A stretch of DNA of 64,000 nt from Perna viridis (lineage: Eukaryota): the NCBI GenBank assembly GCA_037379345.1, contig CM074524.1, forward strand, positions 16,860,750 through 16,924,749, read 5' to 3'. Positions 51,110 to 63,560 of the stretch are shown here, one piece after another. Within the stretch, counting starts at the first letter, position 1. Every line of letters starts with the position of its first letter. A program made the translations under genes and the position numbers. The notes under the pieces were generated by a model. That model did no database searches and was not told the origin of the DNA. It saw nothing but the letters and a program-made list of their open reading frames with translations.

Positions 51110-51202
51110 TTTATAAACGATCAACGCGGACCTCGACGAAGACACCCATAAAAATAAATTGTAAAATCCATTACTCGATCTCGGTAAAATGATTATGTGC
51201 TT
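51110..51202 (-). promoter_or_regulatory. H1 promoter (representative of all units): TATA box, H4-site-II-like box, H1-box-like element
   Basis: Minus strand TATAAA at 51110-51115, GGTCCG at 51127-51132 and AAGCACA (compare H1 box AAACACA) at 51196-51202. Confidence 0.65.
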
Positions 51203-54073
51203 CTTCTCCGATTTTTGTGGTAAATTCTAATACAATTTCTACTAGAACACCCTTGAATTATATATGAAAATGTTCAGCAGACATTATTCTGCCTCTCTGC
51301 GTAGAAATTGTAATTTTTGATACACACAGTAAAAAGTTATAAATAGTTTTCGTAGAGCGAAGCGATTTGTCAATGCAGGTAACCCGACAGAAAAATATTC
51401 ATAATTGCTAATTGCGCGTATATTTCAGAAAACAAAATCTGCAGAAAAGTAGAATAATCATTTTTCTTTTATTTCAAAGTGGTTTAACACGTCTAAACTA
51501 GATATATTCGCTGTACCGACTTATCTTTCATCGGACATGAAACACACAAAAACCAGCTGCGCCATTGAAAGACTGAAAATTTTTCCAAAATGTTACCTTC
51601 TGAATTTATTCCTAAATTCTATTTTTTTTGCCTTGATATAATAACTAGGGTTTGAATAAAATTACATATAATGGGAAGACGAGTTTTTAACGAATTTCTG
51701 GCATTTCAACGCGTTATTTTCCCCTTAATTTGAGTTCCTGTCCCATACATAAGCTTGTGTGGTATATTCAGATGTCATGATATAGTAGGTTCTGATTTTT
51801 TCAATTTCAATTTTAAAACTTTCAAGCTTTGAGATAAAAAATAACTGCCGTGAATAAAATATCACTCAGGATTTCCTACTTTTTATTCCAACCAAGCTAT
51901 AATTTGAGAGGATTATTGTACCTTTTCGACAACACTCACAAATATGTCCACTAAAGAGTGACTGTCTGTATAATGCATGGCGTACACAACTATATTTTTG
52001 TCGGCGCGGTTGCTACTTTTGCAATCTCGGAAAAAGCGAAAGAACTTAAGGATAAAAACAGAAATCAAAGCATTTTTTCCTGAAAATTATATGTATATCA
52101 AACAGGGAAATATGTAATATATATGTTTATGTATATAAACTACAGCAAGAAAAGCAATCTTTTCATAGACATATGAACTGGCATACACAATAAAATTAGA
52201 AAGCGAGAAAAGTCCTCGTAAATACTAAAACCTCTGGCCAAATTTTCTTCATGATTTGATTCAATCGTAACGTGCGTACATGCAGCGACAATATAGCTGT
52301 CAGTCACCGAATGAAACACGAAGGTAAATGGGTAAGAGTATAGCACAGAAGAGAATCATATGGCATTACATTATGGTGTACATGTGCTAGAACTGGAAAT
52401 CGAAATCGAAAAAAAAAAACGACCTGTCACTACTTCTTCGTGTAATATGGTTTCGCTCACCAATCTCTCGATCGTGTATGTACTTGTCATGAGTACAATT
52501 GTAAATTTGATAGTCATTATAAATTACTACGTGTAGTAACACGTCTTCAAGAAATTGTTGGGGAGGGGGGGGGGGCAGTGTTGTTTTATTTTGGTTTTGG
52601 TTTTTTTTTTTTTTTTGCTTGCGCTATCTCAAGGAGGGGGTTTTGATAAAAAGGGCGACTAGAGAACTAGCTATTAATTAATGAAAACTCTTGGTTATTT
52701 TGAAGTTTTTTTTTATAATGCAGGAAATACATGCATTTGATGTATGGTATTGTTTATTATGCAGACAGATAGGTAGACTAAGTGAACTATAGGTATATAA
52801 AATTGAGTTTGTGCCGTTGAGATTTGTGACTGAACATGGTAGGGGTGGGGTTTTGTTTTGGGGGGGGGTGGCGGGGGTAGGGGTAGACTGGTCGGGGGGT
52901 GGGTGGGGGTGTGGTTGAGATATTTTTGAAGTTTGTGTGGGATGATATTGATGTGGATGGTTTGAGGTTATTGGAAATTAGTGTATAAAAGGATGGGCCG
53001 AGCGGAGCGAGCGCGGAAAATTTTAGGGGTTTGAATTGTTAGAAATAAGATAACTAAGATATGGCGCGACAAATAATATGGTCCTTTTTTAATTTAAGGG
53101 AGTGTTCCTATTTGAAAAACGTTGACAGAGAAAGGTTAAGTGTATGACTTTTTGGGCAAATTAAAGGGGAATTTAAGTCTTACCGTGCAAAATAGAACTC
53201 ACTTTGTTTCCTGTGTGCATGCTAGTTGTAGTCATGGTATTTACGTCACAAACGTCATTGTCGCGCGCGAGGGAAAGGACGTCAGAGGATTCACGCGCTG
53301 CTAATTATGAATTGCACGCGCATCGACTGGATACTAAATTACAATATGTTGTTTTTTTAATGATACAAGACAAAACTGGTTCTAAAGTACAAAACAAGCA
53401 CGAGTAAAGATACCACAAGAGTTATATAGAGACATACACACAATACTTACATAACAAAGAAAAGTATACTGTGAATTTATTAATTTTTATCAAAATACAA
53501 AAAATGAAGTTAGAGTTACCTCCCCATCACCGTCACAAAGCACATAATTAAAAGAACGAAGATATTTATATCACATTGTTGATCTTTTTTTTAAAAGGGG
53601 GGGGGGTGTAATTAAGAGACCTGTTTTGTTTTGTTTTTGTATTATTAGAAGTTATCATACCAAATAAAAGTAGCAAAATGTGAATGTCTTAAATGAGAAT
53701 GTTGTACGTGTGCATCATACATCATAGAGTTTTCTATGTATACATATTCAAAGGCATATGTTCCCGAAAAATTTTTACATGCAGGACAGTGAGAAAGAAG
53801 GCAAAATGAGAGAAATATTTGGCATGGCAGTGGCAGATCCAGATCCAGAGGGGGTTCAGGGGGTTGGCACACCCCCTTCCTATTGCATAATTTGTCGTTT
53901 TCATGTGTAAAATAGGCAAATAATGTATTAGCACCCCCTTTTTCTGAGGAACCCCGGCTGGCACCCACCCTTTTCAAAGTGTCTGGATCCGCCCCTGATT
54001 CGGTATAGCTCAGTTTAAGATTTGGATATACTCGTAACAATGCAAATTAAGAATCTTTTTGAAATATTTGGGT

Positions 54074-54089
54074 AGCCCTTAAAAGGGCT
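54074..54089 (-). terminator. Histone 3' stem-loop
   Basis: Identical to the other copies. Confidence 0.9.
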
Positions 54090-54133
54090 TTTGGTGCTGC
54101 TAAACAGCCAGTTCAGAGGTAGACTCTCTGCAT

Positions 54134-54703
54134 TTACTTCTTCTTGGGTGTTTTCTTGGCGGCTGGTTTCTTGGCTGCCTTCTTCTTGGCTGGAGATTTG
54201 GCGGCCTTTTTGGGGGGCTTGGCTGCCTTCTTGACTGTAGGTTTCTTTGCTGCCTTCTTTGGTTTGGCGGCTTTTTTCTCGCCTGCTGGTTTCTTGGCTG
54301 CGGCCTTCTTCTTGGGTGTTTTTGCCTTCTTGGGTTTTGCTGCCTTGGGTTTGGCTGCTTTCTTTGCTGCTGGTTTCTTCTTTGGTGCCTTCTTGACTTC
54401 TCCGAGTCTGAATGAACCACTGGCACCTGTTCCCTTAGACTGTTTCAAGGTCTTGTTCTTCACTCCAGCTCTCAATGCCATTTTAAGGTGAGCGTTGACT
54501 GACTTGGCATCTTTTCCTACGTTGAAGTTAGCCATGATGTATTTCAAGATGGCTTGTCTTGAGGAACCTCCGCGTTCTTTCAAAGCTGTAATGGCTTTGC
54601 CGACCATCTCGCTGTATTTTGGGTGAGCTGATGGCTTCTTTGGCTTGGCTGCTGCCTTCTTCTTTGGTGACTTGGCTGGGGCTGCTGCTGCTGCGTCAGA
54701 CAT
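54134..54703 (-). CDS. H1: Linker histone H1, 189 aa
   Basis: Same protein as 50461..51030. Confidence 0.97.
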   Translation of the reverse strand: MSDAAAAAPAKSPKKKAAAKPKKPSAHPKYSEMVGKAITALKERGGSSRQAILKYIMANFNVGKDAKSVNAHLKMALRAGVKNKTLKQSKGTGASGSFRLGEVKKAPKKKPAAKKAAKPKAAKPKKAKTPKKKAAAKKPAGEKKAAKPKKAAKKPTVKKAAKPPKKAAKSPAKKKAAKKPAAKKTPKKK

Positions 54704-57700
54704 TTTTGTAGAATTTATCCGTCTTTCACGAAGTTAATCCAACGATTGACGATTTGAAAATAACGCCGACATGCTCTGTTCGTTTATAAACGATCAACGC
54801 GGACCTCGACGAAGACACCCATAAAAATAAATTGTAAAATCCATTACTCGATCTCGGTAAAATGATTATGTGCTTCTTCTCCGATTTTTGTGGTAAATTC
54901 TAATACAATTTCTACTAGAACACCCTTGAATTATATATGAAAATGTTCAGCAGACATTATTCTGCCTCTCTGCGTAGAAATTGTAATTTTTGATACACAC
55001 AGTAAAAAGTTATAAATAGTTTTCGTAGAGCGAAGCGATTTGTCAATGCAGGTAACCCGACAGAAAAATATTCATAATTGCTAATTGCGCGTATATTTCA
55101 GAAAACAAAATCTGCAGAAAAGTAGAATAATCATTTTTCTTTTATTTCAAAGTGGTTTAACACGTCTAAACTAGATATATTCGCTGTACCGACTTATCTT
55201 TCATCGGACATGAAACACACAAAAACCAGCTGCGCCATTGAAAGACTGAAAATTTTTCCAAAATGTTACCTTCTGAATTTATTCCTAAATTCTATTTTTT
55301 TTGCCTTGATATAATAACTAGGGTTTGAATAAAATTACATATAATGGGAAGACGAGTTTTTAACGAATTTCTGGCATTTCAACGCGTTATTTTCCCCTTA
55401 ATTTGAGTTCCTGTCCCATACATAAGCTTGTGTGGTATATTCAGATGTCATGATATAGTAGGTTCTGATTTTTTCAATTTCAATTTTAAAACTTTCAAGC
55501 TTTGAGATAAAAAATAACTGCCGTGAATAAAATATCACTCAGGATTTCCTACTTTTTATTCCAACCAAGCTATAATTTGAGAGGATTATTGTACCTTTTC
55601 GACAACACTCACAAATATGTCCACTAAAGAGTGACTGTCTGTATAATGCATGGCGTACACAACTATATTTTTGTCGGCGCGGTTGCTACTTTTGCAATCT
55701 CGGAAAAAGCGAAAGAACTTAAGGATAAAAACAGAAATCAAAGCATTTTTTCCTGAAAATTATATGTATATCAAACAGGGAAATATGTAATATATATGTT
55801 TATGTATATAAACTACAGCAAGAAAAGCAATCTTTTCATAGACATATGAACTGGCATACACAATAAAATTAGAAAGCGAGAAAAGTCCTCGTAAATACTA
55901 AAACCTCTGGCCAAATTTTCTTCATGATTTGATTCAATCGTAACGTGCGTACATGCAGCGACAATATAGCTGTCAGTCACCGAATGAAACACGAAGGTAA
56001 ATGGGTAAGAGTATAACACAGAAGAGAATCATATGGCATTACATTATGGTGTACATGTGCTAGAACTGGAAATCGAAATCGAAAAAAAAAAACGACCTGT
56101 CACTACTTCTTCGTGTAATATGGTTTCGCTCACCAATCTCTCGATCGTGTATGTACTTGTCATGAGTACAATTGTAAATTTGATAGTCATTATAAATTAC
56201 TACGTGTAGTAACACGTCTTCAAGAAATTGTTGGGGAGGGGGGGGGCAGTGTTGTTTTATTTTGGTTTTGGTTTTTTTTTTTTTTTTGCTTGCGCTATCT
56301 CAAGGAGGGGGTTTTGATAAAAAGGGCGACTAGAGAACTAGCTATTAATTAATGAAAACTCTTGGTTATTTTGAAGTTTTTTTTTATAATGCAGGAAATA
56401 CATGCATTTGATGTATGGTATTGTTTATTATGCAGACAGATAGGTAGACTAAGTGAACTATAGGTATATAAAATTGAGTTTGTGCCGTTGAGATTTGTGA
56501 CTGAACATGGTAGGGGTGGGGTTTTGTTTTGGGGGGGGGTGGCGGGGGTAGGGGTAGACTGGTCGGGGGGTGGGTGGGGGTGTGGTTGAGATATTTTTGA
56601 AGTTTGTGTGGGATGATATTGATGTGGATGGTTTGAGGTTATTGGAAATTAGTGTATAAAAGGATGGGCCGAGCGGAGCGAGCGCGGAAAATTTTAGGGG
56701 TTTGAATTGTTAGAAATAAGATAACTAAGATATGGCGCGACAAATAATATGGTCCTTTTTTAATTTAAGGGAGTGTTCCTATTTGAAAAACGTTGACAGA
56801 GAAAGGTTAAGTGTATGACTTTTTGGGCAAATTAAAGGGGAATTTAAGTCTTACCGTGCAAAATAGAACTCACTTTGTTTCCTGTGTGCATGCTAGTTGT
56901 AGTCATGGTATTTACGTCACAAACGTCATTGTCGCGCGCGAGGGAAAGGACGTCAGAGGATTCACGCGCTGCTAATTATGAATTGCACGCGCATCGACTG
57001 GATACTAAATTACAATATGTTGTTTTTTTAATGATACAAGACAAAACTGGTTCTAAAGTACAAAACAAGCACGAGTAAAGATACCACAAGAGTTATATAG
57101 AGACATACACACAATACTTACATAACAAAGAAAAGTATACTGTGAATTTATTAATTTTTATCAAAATACAAAAAATGAAGTTAGAGTTACCTCCCCATCA
57201 CCGTCACAAAGCACATAATTAAAAGAACGAAGATATTTATATCACATTGTTGATCTTTTTTTTAAAAGGGGGGGGGGTGTAATTAAGAGACCTGTTTTGT
57301 TTTGTTTTTGTATTATTAGAAGTTATCATACCAAATAAAAGTAGCAAAATGTGAATGTCTTAAATGAGAATGTTGTACGTGTGCATCATACATCATAGAG
57401 TTTTCTATGTATACATATTCAAAGGCATATGTTCCCGAAAAATTTTTACATGCAGGACAGTGAGAAAGAAGGCAAAATGAGAGAAATATTTGGCATGGCA
57501 GTGGCAGATCCAGATCCAGAGGGGGTTCAGGGGGTTGGCACACCCCCTTCCTATTGCATAATTTGTCGTTTTCATGTGTAAAATAGGCAAATAATGTATT
57601 AGCACCCCCTTTTTCTGAGGAACCCCGGCTGGCACCCACCCTTTTCAAAGTGTCTGGATCCGCCCCTGATTCGGTATAGCTCAGTTTAAGATTTGGATAT

Positions 57701-57744
57701 ACTCGTAACAATGCAAATTAAGAATCTTTTTGAAATATTTGGGT

Positions 57745-57760
57745 AGCCCTTAAAAGGGCT
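57745..57760 (-). terminator. Histone 3' stem-loop
   Basis: Identical to the other copies. Confidence 0.9.
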
Positions 57761-57804
57761 TTTGGTGCTGCTAAACAGCCAGTTCAGAGGTAGACTCTCT
57801 GCAT

Positions 57805-58374
57805 TTACTTCTTCTTGGGTGTTTTCTTGGCGGCTGGTTTCTTGGCTGCCTTCTTCTTGGCTGGAGATTTGGCGGCCTTTTTGGGGGGCTTGGCTGCCTT
57901 CTTGACTGTAGGTTTCTTTGCTGCCTTCTTTGGTTTGGCGGCTTTTTTCTCGCCTGCTGGTTTCTTGGCTGCGGCCTTCTTCTTGGGTGTTTTTGCCTTC
58001 TTGGGTTTTGCTGCCTTGGGTTTGGCTGCTTTCTTTGCTGCTGGTTTCTTCTTTGGTGCCTTCTTGACTTCTCCGAGTCTGAATGAACCACTGGCACCTG
58101 TTCCCTTAGACTGTTTCAAGGTCTTGTTCTTCACTCCAGCTCTCAATGCCATTTTAAGGTGAGCGTTGACTGACTTGGCATCTTTTCCTACGTTGAAGTT
58201 AGCCATGATGTATTTCAAGATGGCTTGTCTTGAGGAACCTCCGCGTTCTTTCAAAGCTGTAATGGCTTTGCCGACCATCTCGCTGTATTTTGGGTGAGCT
58301 GATGGCTTCTTTGGCTTGGCTGCTGCCTTCTTCTTTGGTGACTTGGCTGGGGCTGCTGCTGCTGCGTCAGACAT
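57805..58374 (-). CDS. H1: Linker histone H1, 189 aa
   Basis: Same protein as 50461..51030. Confidence 0.97.
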   Translation of the reverse strand: MSDAAAAAPAKSPKKKAAAKPKKPSAHPKYSEMVGKAITALKERGGSSRQAILKYIMANFNVGKDAKSVNAHLKMALRAGVKNKTLKQSKGTGASGSFRLGEVKKAPKKKPAAKKAAKPKAAKPKKAKTPKKKAAAKKPAGEKKAAKPKKAAKKPTVKKAAKPPKKAAKSPAKKKAAKKPAAKKTPKKK

Positions 58375-61300
58375 TTTTGTAGAATTTATCCGTCTTTCAC
58401 GAAGTTAATCCAACGATTGACGATTTGAAAATAACGCCGACATGCTCTGTTCGTTTATAAACGATCAACGCGGACCTCGACGAAGACACCCATAAAAATA
58501 AATTGTAAAATCCATTACTCGATCTCGGTAAAATGATTATGTGCTTCTTCTCCGATTTTTGTGGTAAATTCTAATACAATTTCTACTAGAACACCCTTGA
58601 ATTATATATGAAAATGTTCAGCAGACATTATTCTGCCTCTCTGCGTAGAAATTGTAATTTTTGATACACACAGTAAAAAGTTATAAATAGTTTTCGTAGA
58701 GCGAAGCGATTTGTCAATGCAGGTAACCCGACAGAAAAATATTCATAATTGCTAATTGCGCGTATATTTCAGAAAACAAAATCTGCAGAAAAGTAGAATA
58801 ATCATTTTTCTTTTATTTCAAAGTGGTTTAACACGTCTAAACTAGATATATTCGCTGTACCGACTTATCTTTCATCGGACATGAAACACACAAAAACCAG
58901 CTGCGCCATTGAAAGACTGAAAATTTTTCCAAAATGTTACCTTCTGAATTTATTCCTAAATTCTATTTTTTTTGCCTTGATATAATAACTAGGGTTTGAA
59001 TAAAATTACATATAATGGGAAGACGAGTTTTTAACGAATTTCTGGCATTTCAACGCGTTATTTTCCCCTTAATTTGAGTTCCTGTCCCATACATAAGCTT
59101 GTGTGGTATATTCAGATGTCATGATATAGTAGGTTCTGATTTTTTCAATTTCAATTTTAAAACTTTCAAGCTTTGAGATAAAAAATAACTGCCGTGAATA
59201 AAATATCACTCAGGATTTCCTACTTTTTATTCCAACCAAGCTATAATTTGAGAGGATTATTGTACCTTTTCGACAACACTCACAAATATGTCCACTAAAG
59301 AGTGACTGTCTGTATAATGCATGGCGTACACAACTATATTTTTGTCGGCGCGGTTGCTACTTTTGCAATCTCGGAAAAAGCGAAAGAACTTAAGGATAAA
59401 AACAGAAATCAAAGCATTTTTTCCTGAAAATTATATGTATATCAAACAGGGAAATATGTAATATATATGTTTATGTATATAAACTACAGCAAGAAAAGCA
59501 ATCTTTTCATAGACATATGAACTGGCATACACAATAAAATTAGAAAGCGAGAAAAGTCCTCGTAAATACTAAAACCTCTGGCCAAATTTTCTTCATGATT
59601 TGATTCAATCGTAACGTGCGTACATGCAGCGACAATATAGCTGTCAGTCACCGAATGAAACACGAAGGTAAATGGGTAAGAGTATAGCACAGAAGAGAAT
59701 CATATGGCATTACATTATGGTGTACATGTGCTAGAACTGGAAATCGAAATCGAAAAAAAAAAACGACCTGTCACTACTTCTTCGTGTAATATGGTTTCGC
59801 TCACCAATCTCTCGATCGTGTATGTACTTGTCATGAGTACAATTGTAAATTTGATAGTCATTATAAATTACTACGTGTAGTAACACGTCTTCAAGAAATT
59901 GTTGGGGAGGGGGGGGGGCAGTGTTGTTTTATTTTGGTTTTGGTTTTTTTTTTTTTTTTGCTTGCGCTATCTCAAGGAGGGGGTTTTGATAAAAAGGGCG
60001 ACTAGAGAACTAGCTATTAATTAATGAAAACTCTTGGTTATTTTGAAGTTTTTTTTTATAATGCAGGAAATACATGCATTTGATGTATGGTATTGTTTAT
60101 TATGCAGACAGATAGGTAGACTAAGTGAACTATAGGTATATAAAATTGAGTTTGTGCCGTTGAGATTTGTGACTGAACATGGTAGGGGTGGGGTTTTGTT
60201 TTGGGGGGGGGTGGCGGGGGTAGGGGTAGACTGGTCGGGGGGTGGGTGGGGGTGTGGTTGAGATATTTTTGAAGTTTGTGTGGGATGATATTGATGTGGA
60301 TGGTTTGAGGTTATTGGAAATTAGTGTATAAAAGGATGGGCCGAGCGGAGCGAGCGCGGAAAATTTTAGGGGTTTGAATTGTTAGAAATAAGATAACTAA
60401 GATATGGCGCGACAAATAATATGGTCCTTTTTTAATTTAAGGGAGTGTTCCTATTTGAAAAACGTTGACAGAGAAAGGTTAAGTGTATGACTTTTTGGGC
60501 AAATTAAAGGGGAATTTAAGTCTTACCGTGCAAAATAGAACTCACTTTGTTTCCTGTGTGCATGCTAGTTGTAGTCATGGTATTTACGTCACAAACGTCA
60601 TTGTCGCGCGCGAGGGAAAGGACGTCAGAGGATTCACGCGCTGCTAATTATGAATTGCACGCGCATCGACTGGATACTAAATTACAATATGTTGTTTTTT
60701 TAATGATACAAGACAAAACTGGTTCTAAAGTACAAAACAAGCACGAGTAAAGATACCACAAGAGTTATATAGAGACATACACACAATACTTACATAACAA
60801 AGAAAAGTATACTGTGAATTTATTAATTTTTATCAAAATACAAAAAATGAAGTTAGAGTTACCTCCCCATCACCGTCACAAAGCACATAATTAAAAGAAC
60901 GAAGATATTTATATCACATTGTTGATCTTTTTTTTAAAAGGGGGGGGGGTGTAATTAAGAGACCTGTTTTGTTTTGTTTTTGTATTATTAGAAGTTATCA
61001 TACCAAATAAAAGTAGCAAAATGTGAATGTCTTAAATGAGAATGTTGTACGTGTGCATCATACATCATAGAGTTTTCTATGTATACATATTCAAAGGCAT
61101 ATGTTCCCGAAAAATTTTTACATGCAGGACAGTGAGAAAGAAGGCAAAATGAGAGAAATATTTGGCATGGCAGTGGCAGATCCAGATCCAGAGGGGGTTC
61201 AGGGGGTTGGCACACCCCCTTCCTATTGCATAATTTGTCGTTTTCATGTGTAAAATAGGCAAATAATGTATTAGCACCCCCTTTTTCTGAGGAACCCCGG

Positions 61301-61416
61301 CTGGCACCCACCCTTTTCAAAGTGTCTGGATCCGCCCCTGATTCGGTATAGCTCAGTTTAAGATTTGGATATACTCGTAACAATGCAAATTAAGAATCTT
61401 TTTGAAATATTTGGGT

Positions 61417-61432
61417 AGCCCTTAAAAGGGCT
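61417..61432 (-). terminator. Histone 3' stem-loop
   Basis: Identical to the other copies. Confidence 0.9.
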
Positions 61433-61476
61433 TTTGGTGCTGCTAAACAGCCAGTTCAGAGGTAGACTCTCTGCAT

Positions 61477-62046
61477 TTACTTCTTCTTGGGTGTTTTCTT
61501 GGCGGCTGGTTTCTTGGCTGCCTTCTTCTTGGCTGGAGATTTGGCGGCCTTTTTGGGGGGCTTGGCTGCCTTCTTGACTGTAGGTTTCTTTGCTGCCTTC
61601 TTTGGTTTGGCGGCTTTTTTCTCGCCTGCTGGTTTCTTGGCTGCGGCCTTCTTCTTGGGTGTTTTTGCCTTCTTGGGTTTTGCTGCCTTGGGTTTGGCTG
61701 CTTTCTTTGCTGCTGGTTTCTTCTTTGGTGCCTTCTTGACTTCTCCGAGTCTGAATGAACCACTGGCACCTGTTCCCTTAGACTGTTTCAAGGTCTTGTT
61801 CTTCACTCCAGCTCTCAATGCCATTTTAAGGTGAGCGTTGACTGACTTGGCATCTTTTCCTACGTTGAAGTTAGCCATGATGTATTTCAAGATGGCTTGT
61901 CTTGAGGAACCTCCGCGTTCTTTCAAAGCTGTAATGGCTTTGCCGACCATCTCGCTGTATTTTGGGTGAGCTGATGGCTTCTTTGGCTTGGCTGCTGCCT
62001 TCTTCTTTGGTGACTTGGCTGGGGCTGCTGCTGCTGCGTCAGACAT
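61477..62046 (-). CDS. H1: Linker histone H1, 189 aa
   Basis: Same protein as 50461..51030. Confidence 0.97.
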   Translation of the reverse strand: MSDAAAAAPAKSPKKKAAAKPKKPSAHPKYSEMVGKAITALKERGGSSRQAILKYIMANFNVGKDAKSVNAHLKMALRAGVKNKTLKQSKGTGASGSFRLGEVKKAPKKKPAAKKAAKPKAAKPKKAKTPKKKAAAKKPAGEKKAAKPKKAAKKPTVKKAAKPPKKAAKSPAKKKAAKKPAAKKTPKKK

Positions 62047-63141
62047 TTTTGTAGAATTTATCCGTCTTTCACGAAGTTAATCCAACGATTGACGATTTGA
62101 AAATAACGCCGACATGCTCTGTTCGTTTATAAACGATCAACGCGGACCTCGACGAAGACACCCATAAAAATAAATTGTAAAATCCATTACTCGATCTCGG
62201 TAAAATGATTATGTGCTTCTTCTCCGATTTTTGTGGTAAATTCTAATACAATTTCTACTAGAACACCCTTGAATTATATATGAAAATGTTCAGCAGACAT
62301 TATTCTGCCTCTCTGCGTAGAAATTGTAATTTTTGATACACACAGTAAAAAGTTATAAATAGTTTTCGTAGAGCGAAGCGATTTGTCAATGCAGGTAACC
62401 CGACAGAAAAATATTCATAATTGCTAATTGCGCGTATATTTCAGAAAACAAAATCTGCAGAAAAGTAGAATAATCATTTTTCTTTTATTTCAAAGTGGTT
62501 TAACACGTCTAAACTAGATATATTCGCTGTACCGACTTATCTTTCATCGGACATGAAACACACAAAAACCAGCTGCGCCATTGAAAGACTGAAAATTTTT
62601 CCAAAATGTTACCTTCTGAATTTATTCCTAAATTCTATTTTTTTTGCCTTGATATAATAACTAGGGTTTGAATAAAATTACATATAATGGGAAGACGAGT
62701 TTTTAACGAATTTCTGGCATTTCAACGCGTTATTTTCCCCTTAATTTGAGTTCCTGTCCCATACATAAGCTTGTGTGGTATATTCAGATGTCATGATATA
62801 GTAGGTTCTGATTTTTTCAATTTCAATTTTAAAACTTTCAAGCTTTGAGATAAAAAATAACTGCCGTGAATAAAATATCACTCAGGATTTCCTACTTTTT
62901 ATTCCAACCAAGCTATAATTTGAGAGGATTATTGTACCTTTTCGACAACACTCACAAATATGTCCACTAAAGAGTGACTGTCTGTATAATGCATGGCGTA
63001 CACAACTATATTTTTGTCGGCGCGGTTGCTACTTTTGCAATCTCGGAAAAAGCGAAAGAACTTAAGGATAAAAACAGAAATCAAAGCATTTTTTCCTGAA
63101 AATTATATGTATATCAAACAGGGAAATATGTAATATATATG

Positions 63142-63341
63142 NNNNNNNNNNNNNNNNNNNNNNNNNNNNNNNNNNNNNNNNNNNNNNNNNNNNNNNNNNN
63201 NNNNNNNNNNNNNNNNNNNNNNNNNNNNNNNNNNNNNNNNNNNNNNNNNNNNNNNNNNNNNNNNNNNNNNNNNNNNNNNNNNNNNNNNNNNNNNNNNNNN
63301 NNNNNNNNNNNNNNNNNNNNNNNNNNNNNNNNNNNNNNNNN
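63142..63341. other. Assembly gap (200 N) inside the H1 array
   Basis: Run of N; the unit phase jumps across it. Confidence 0.99.
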
Positions 63342-63560
63342 AAGGTGAGCGTTGACTGACTTGGCATCTTTTCCTACGTTGAAGTTAGCCATGATGTATT
63401 TCAAGATGGCTTGTCTTGAGGAACCTCCGCGTTCTTTCAAAGCTGTAATGGCTTTGCCGACCATCTCGCTGTATTTTGGGTGAGCTGATGGCTTCTTTGG
63501 CTTGGCTGCTGCCTTCTTCTTTGGTGACTTGGCTGGGGCTGCTGCTGCTGCGTCAGACAT
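63342..63560 (-). CDS. H1: Histone H1, 5' part only (cut by the assembly gap)
   Basis: Identical N-terminal 73 codons, then N bases. Confidence 0.85.

Noticed and set aside
63062-63560. ORFs spanning the N run
   Set aside because: Artefacts of translating through the assembly gap.
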